64,000 bases of DNA from Azolla caroliniana. Its lineage: Eukaryota; Plantae; Polypodiophyta. A program made the position numbers and the translations under genes. Under the pieces are notes generated by a model. That model did no database searches and was not told the origin of the DNA. It was given only the letters and a program-made list of their open reading frames with translations. Positions 63,701 to 64,000 of this stretch are shown here, piece after piece (position 1 is the first letter of the stretch; each line of letters opens with the position of its first letter). The stretch is from contig JBHGNT010000013.1 in assembly GCA_043228905.1 (NCBI GenBank), forward strand, positions 10,788,001 to 10,852,000. The letters are read 5' to 3'.

Positions 63701-64000
63701 AACAGAACCGGCCGAGGAAGATGAAACTGATACCGGAACCGGCCCCGATCCCGAAATGGATTCGGATGAAGAGGAAACGAAAGAGCCAGTTACCGAAGCT
63801 CCGGAACGGAGATATCCTCTAAGAGAGAGAAGGGCCCCCCCGGAGATTTCCGGAACCAGAGCACGTGCTGCTAACCGACGAGGGGGAGCCGGAGAGTTTT
63901 GAAGAAGCAAAGCTTGACACCCATAGCCGCAGGTGGTTAAGTGCCATGCAGGAGGAGATGGATTCCCTGCATGAGAACCACACATATGAACTTGTGGAGT
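60704..64000 (+). mobile_element. Ty1/Copia (Tork/Tnt1-like): 5' LTR 60704-61351, PBS, gag-PR-integrase-start of RT; runs off the right edge
   Basis: PBS TGGTATCAGAGC 61355-61366; gag ATG 61383; stop TAG 61776-61778 (CAG in the sister copy); WVVDSGASFH, LWHKRLCH, NGLAERMNR; first integrase catalytic D appears as N (HTNVC); frameshift in a C run near 63835-63841. Confidence 0.95.

Noticed and set aside
1-64000. Inverted sister Copia copies at both window ends forming a composite element
   Set aside because: Each is nested in a different host TE and carries private mutations and a different U5 end, so they are independent insertions.

Overview
Eukaryotic land-plant nuclear DNA. The TE-filled introns, Tcn1-type chromoviruses and RTEX-like LINEs suggest a non-seed plant such as a fern (inference). 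There are two host genes, both on the minus strand: a Pumilio/PUF gene (about 7.7-13.3 kb; PUF domain intact, ancestral N-terminal exon decayed) and a GC3/GC4-type golgin (20.2-37.9 kb). Most of the rest is nested transposons: two copies of one GC-rich Tork/Tnt1-like Copia family at the window ends, other Copia elements, hAT and MULE remnants, RTEX-like LINE pieces and several Ty3/Gypsy chromoviruses. One chromovirus (53426-59222) is intact and very young. Three divergent chromovirus families share a cis-RNA architecture: (i) no tRNA primer-binding site, but a covarying complement of their own predicted mRNA 5' end (Tf1-type self-priming); (ii) an antisense tRNA-like Pol III A-box/B-box module at the outer edge of U3; (iii) an inverted repeat across the predicted TSS; (iv) a -1 frameshift signal with a conserved stem and AGCC loop at the gag/pol junction. 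All coordinates were read by eye, and approximate boundaries are flagged.
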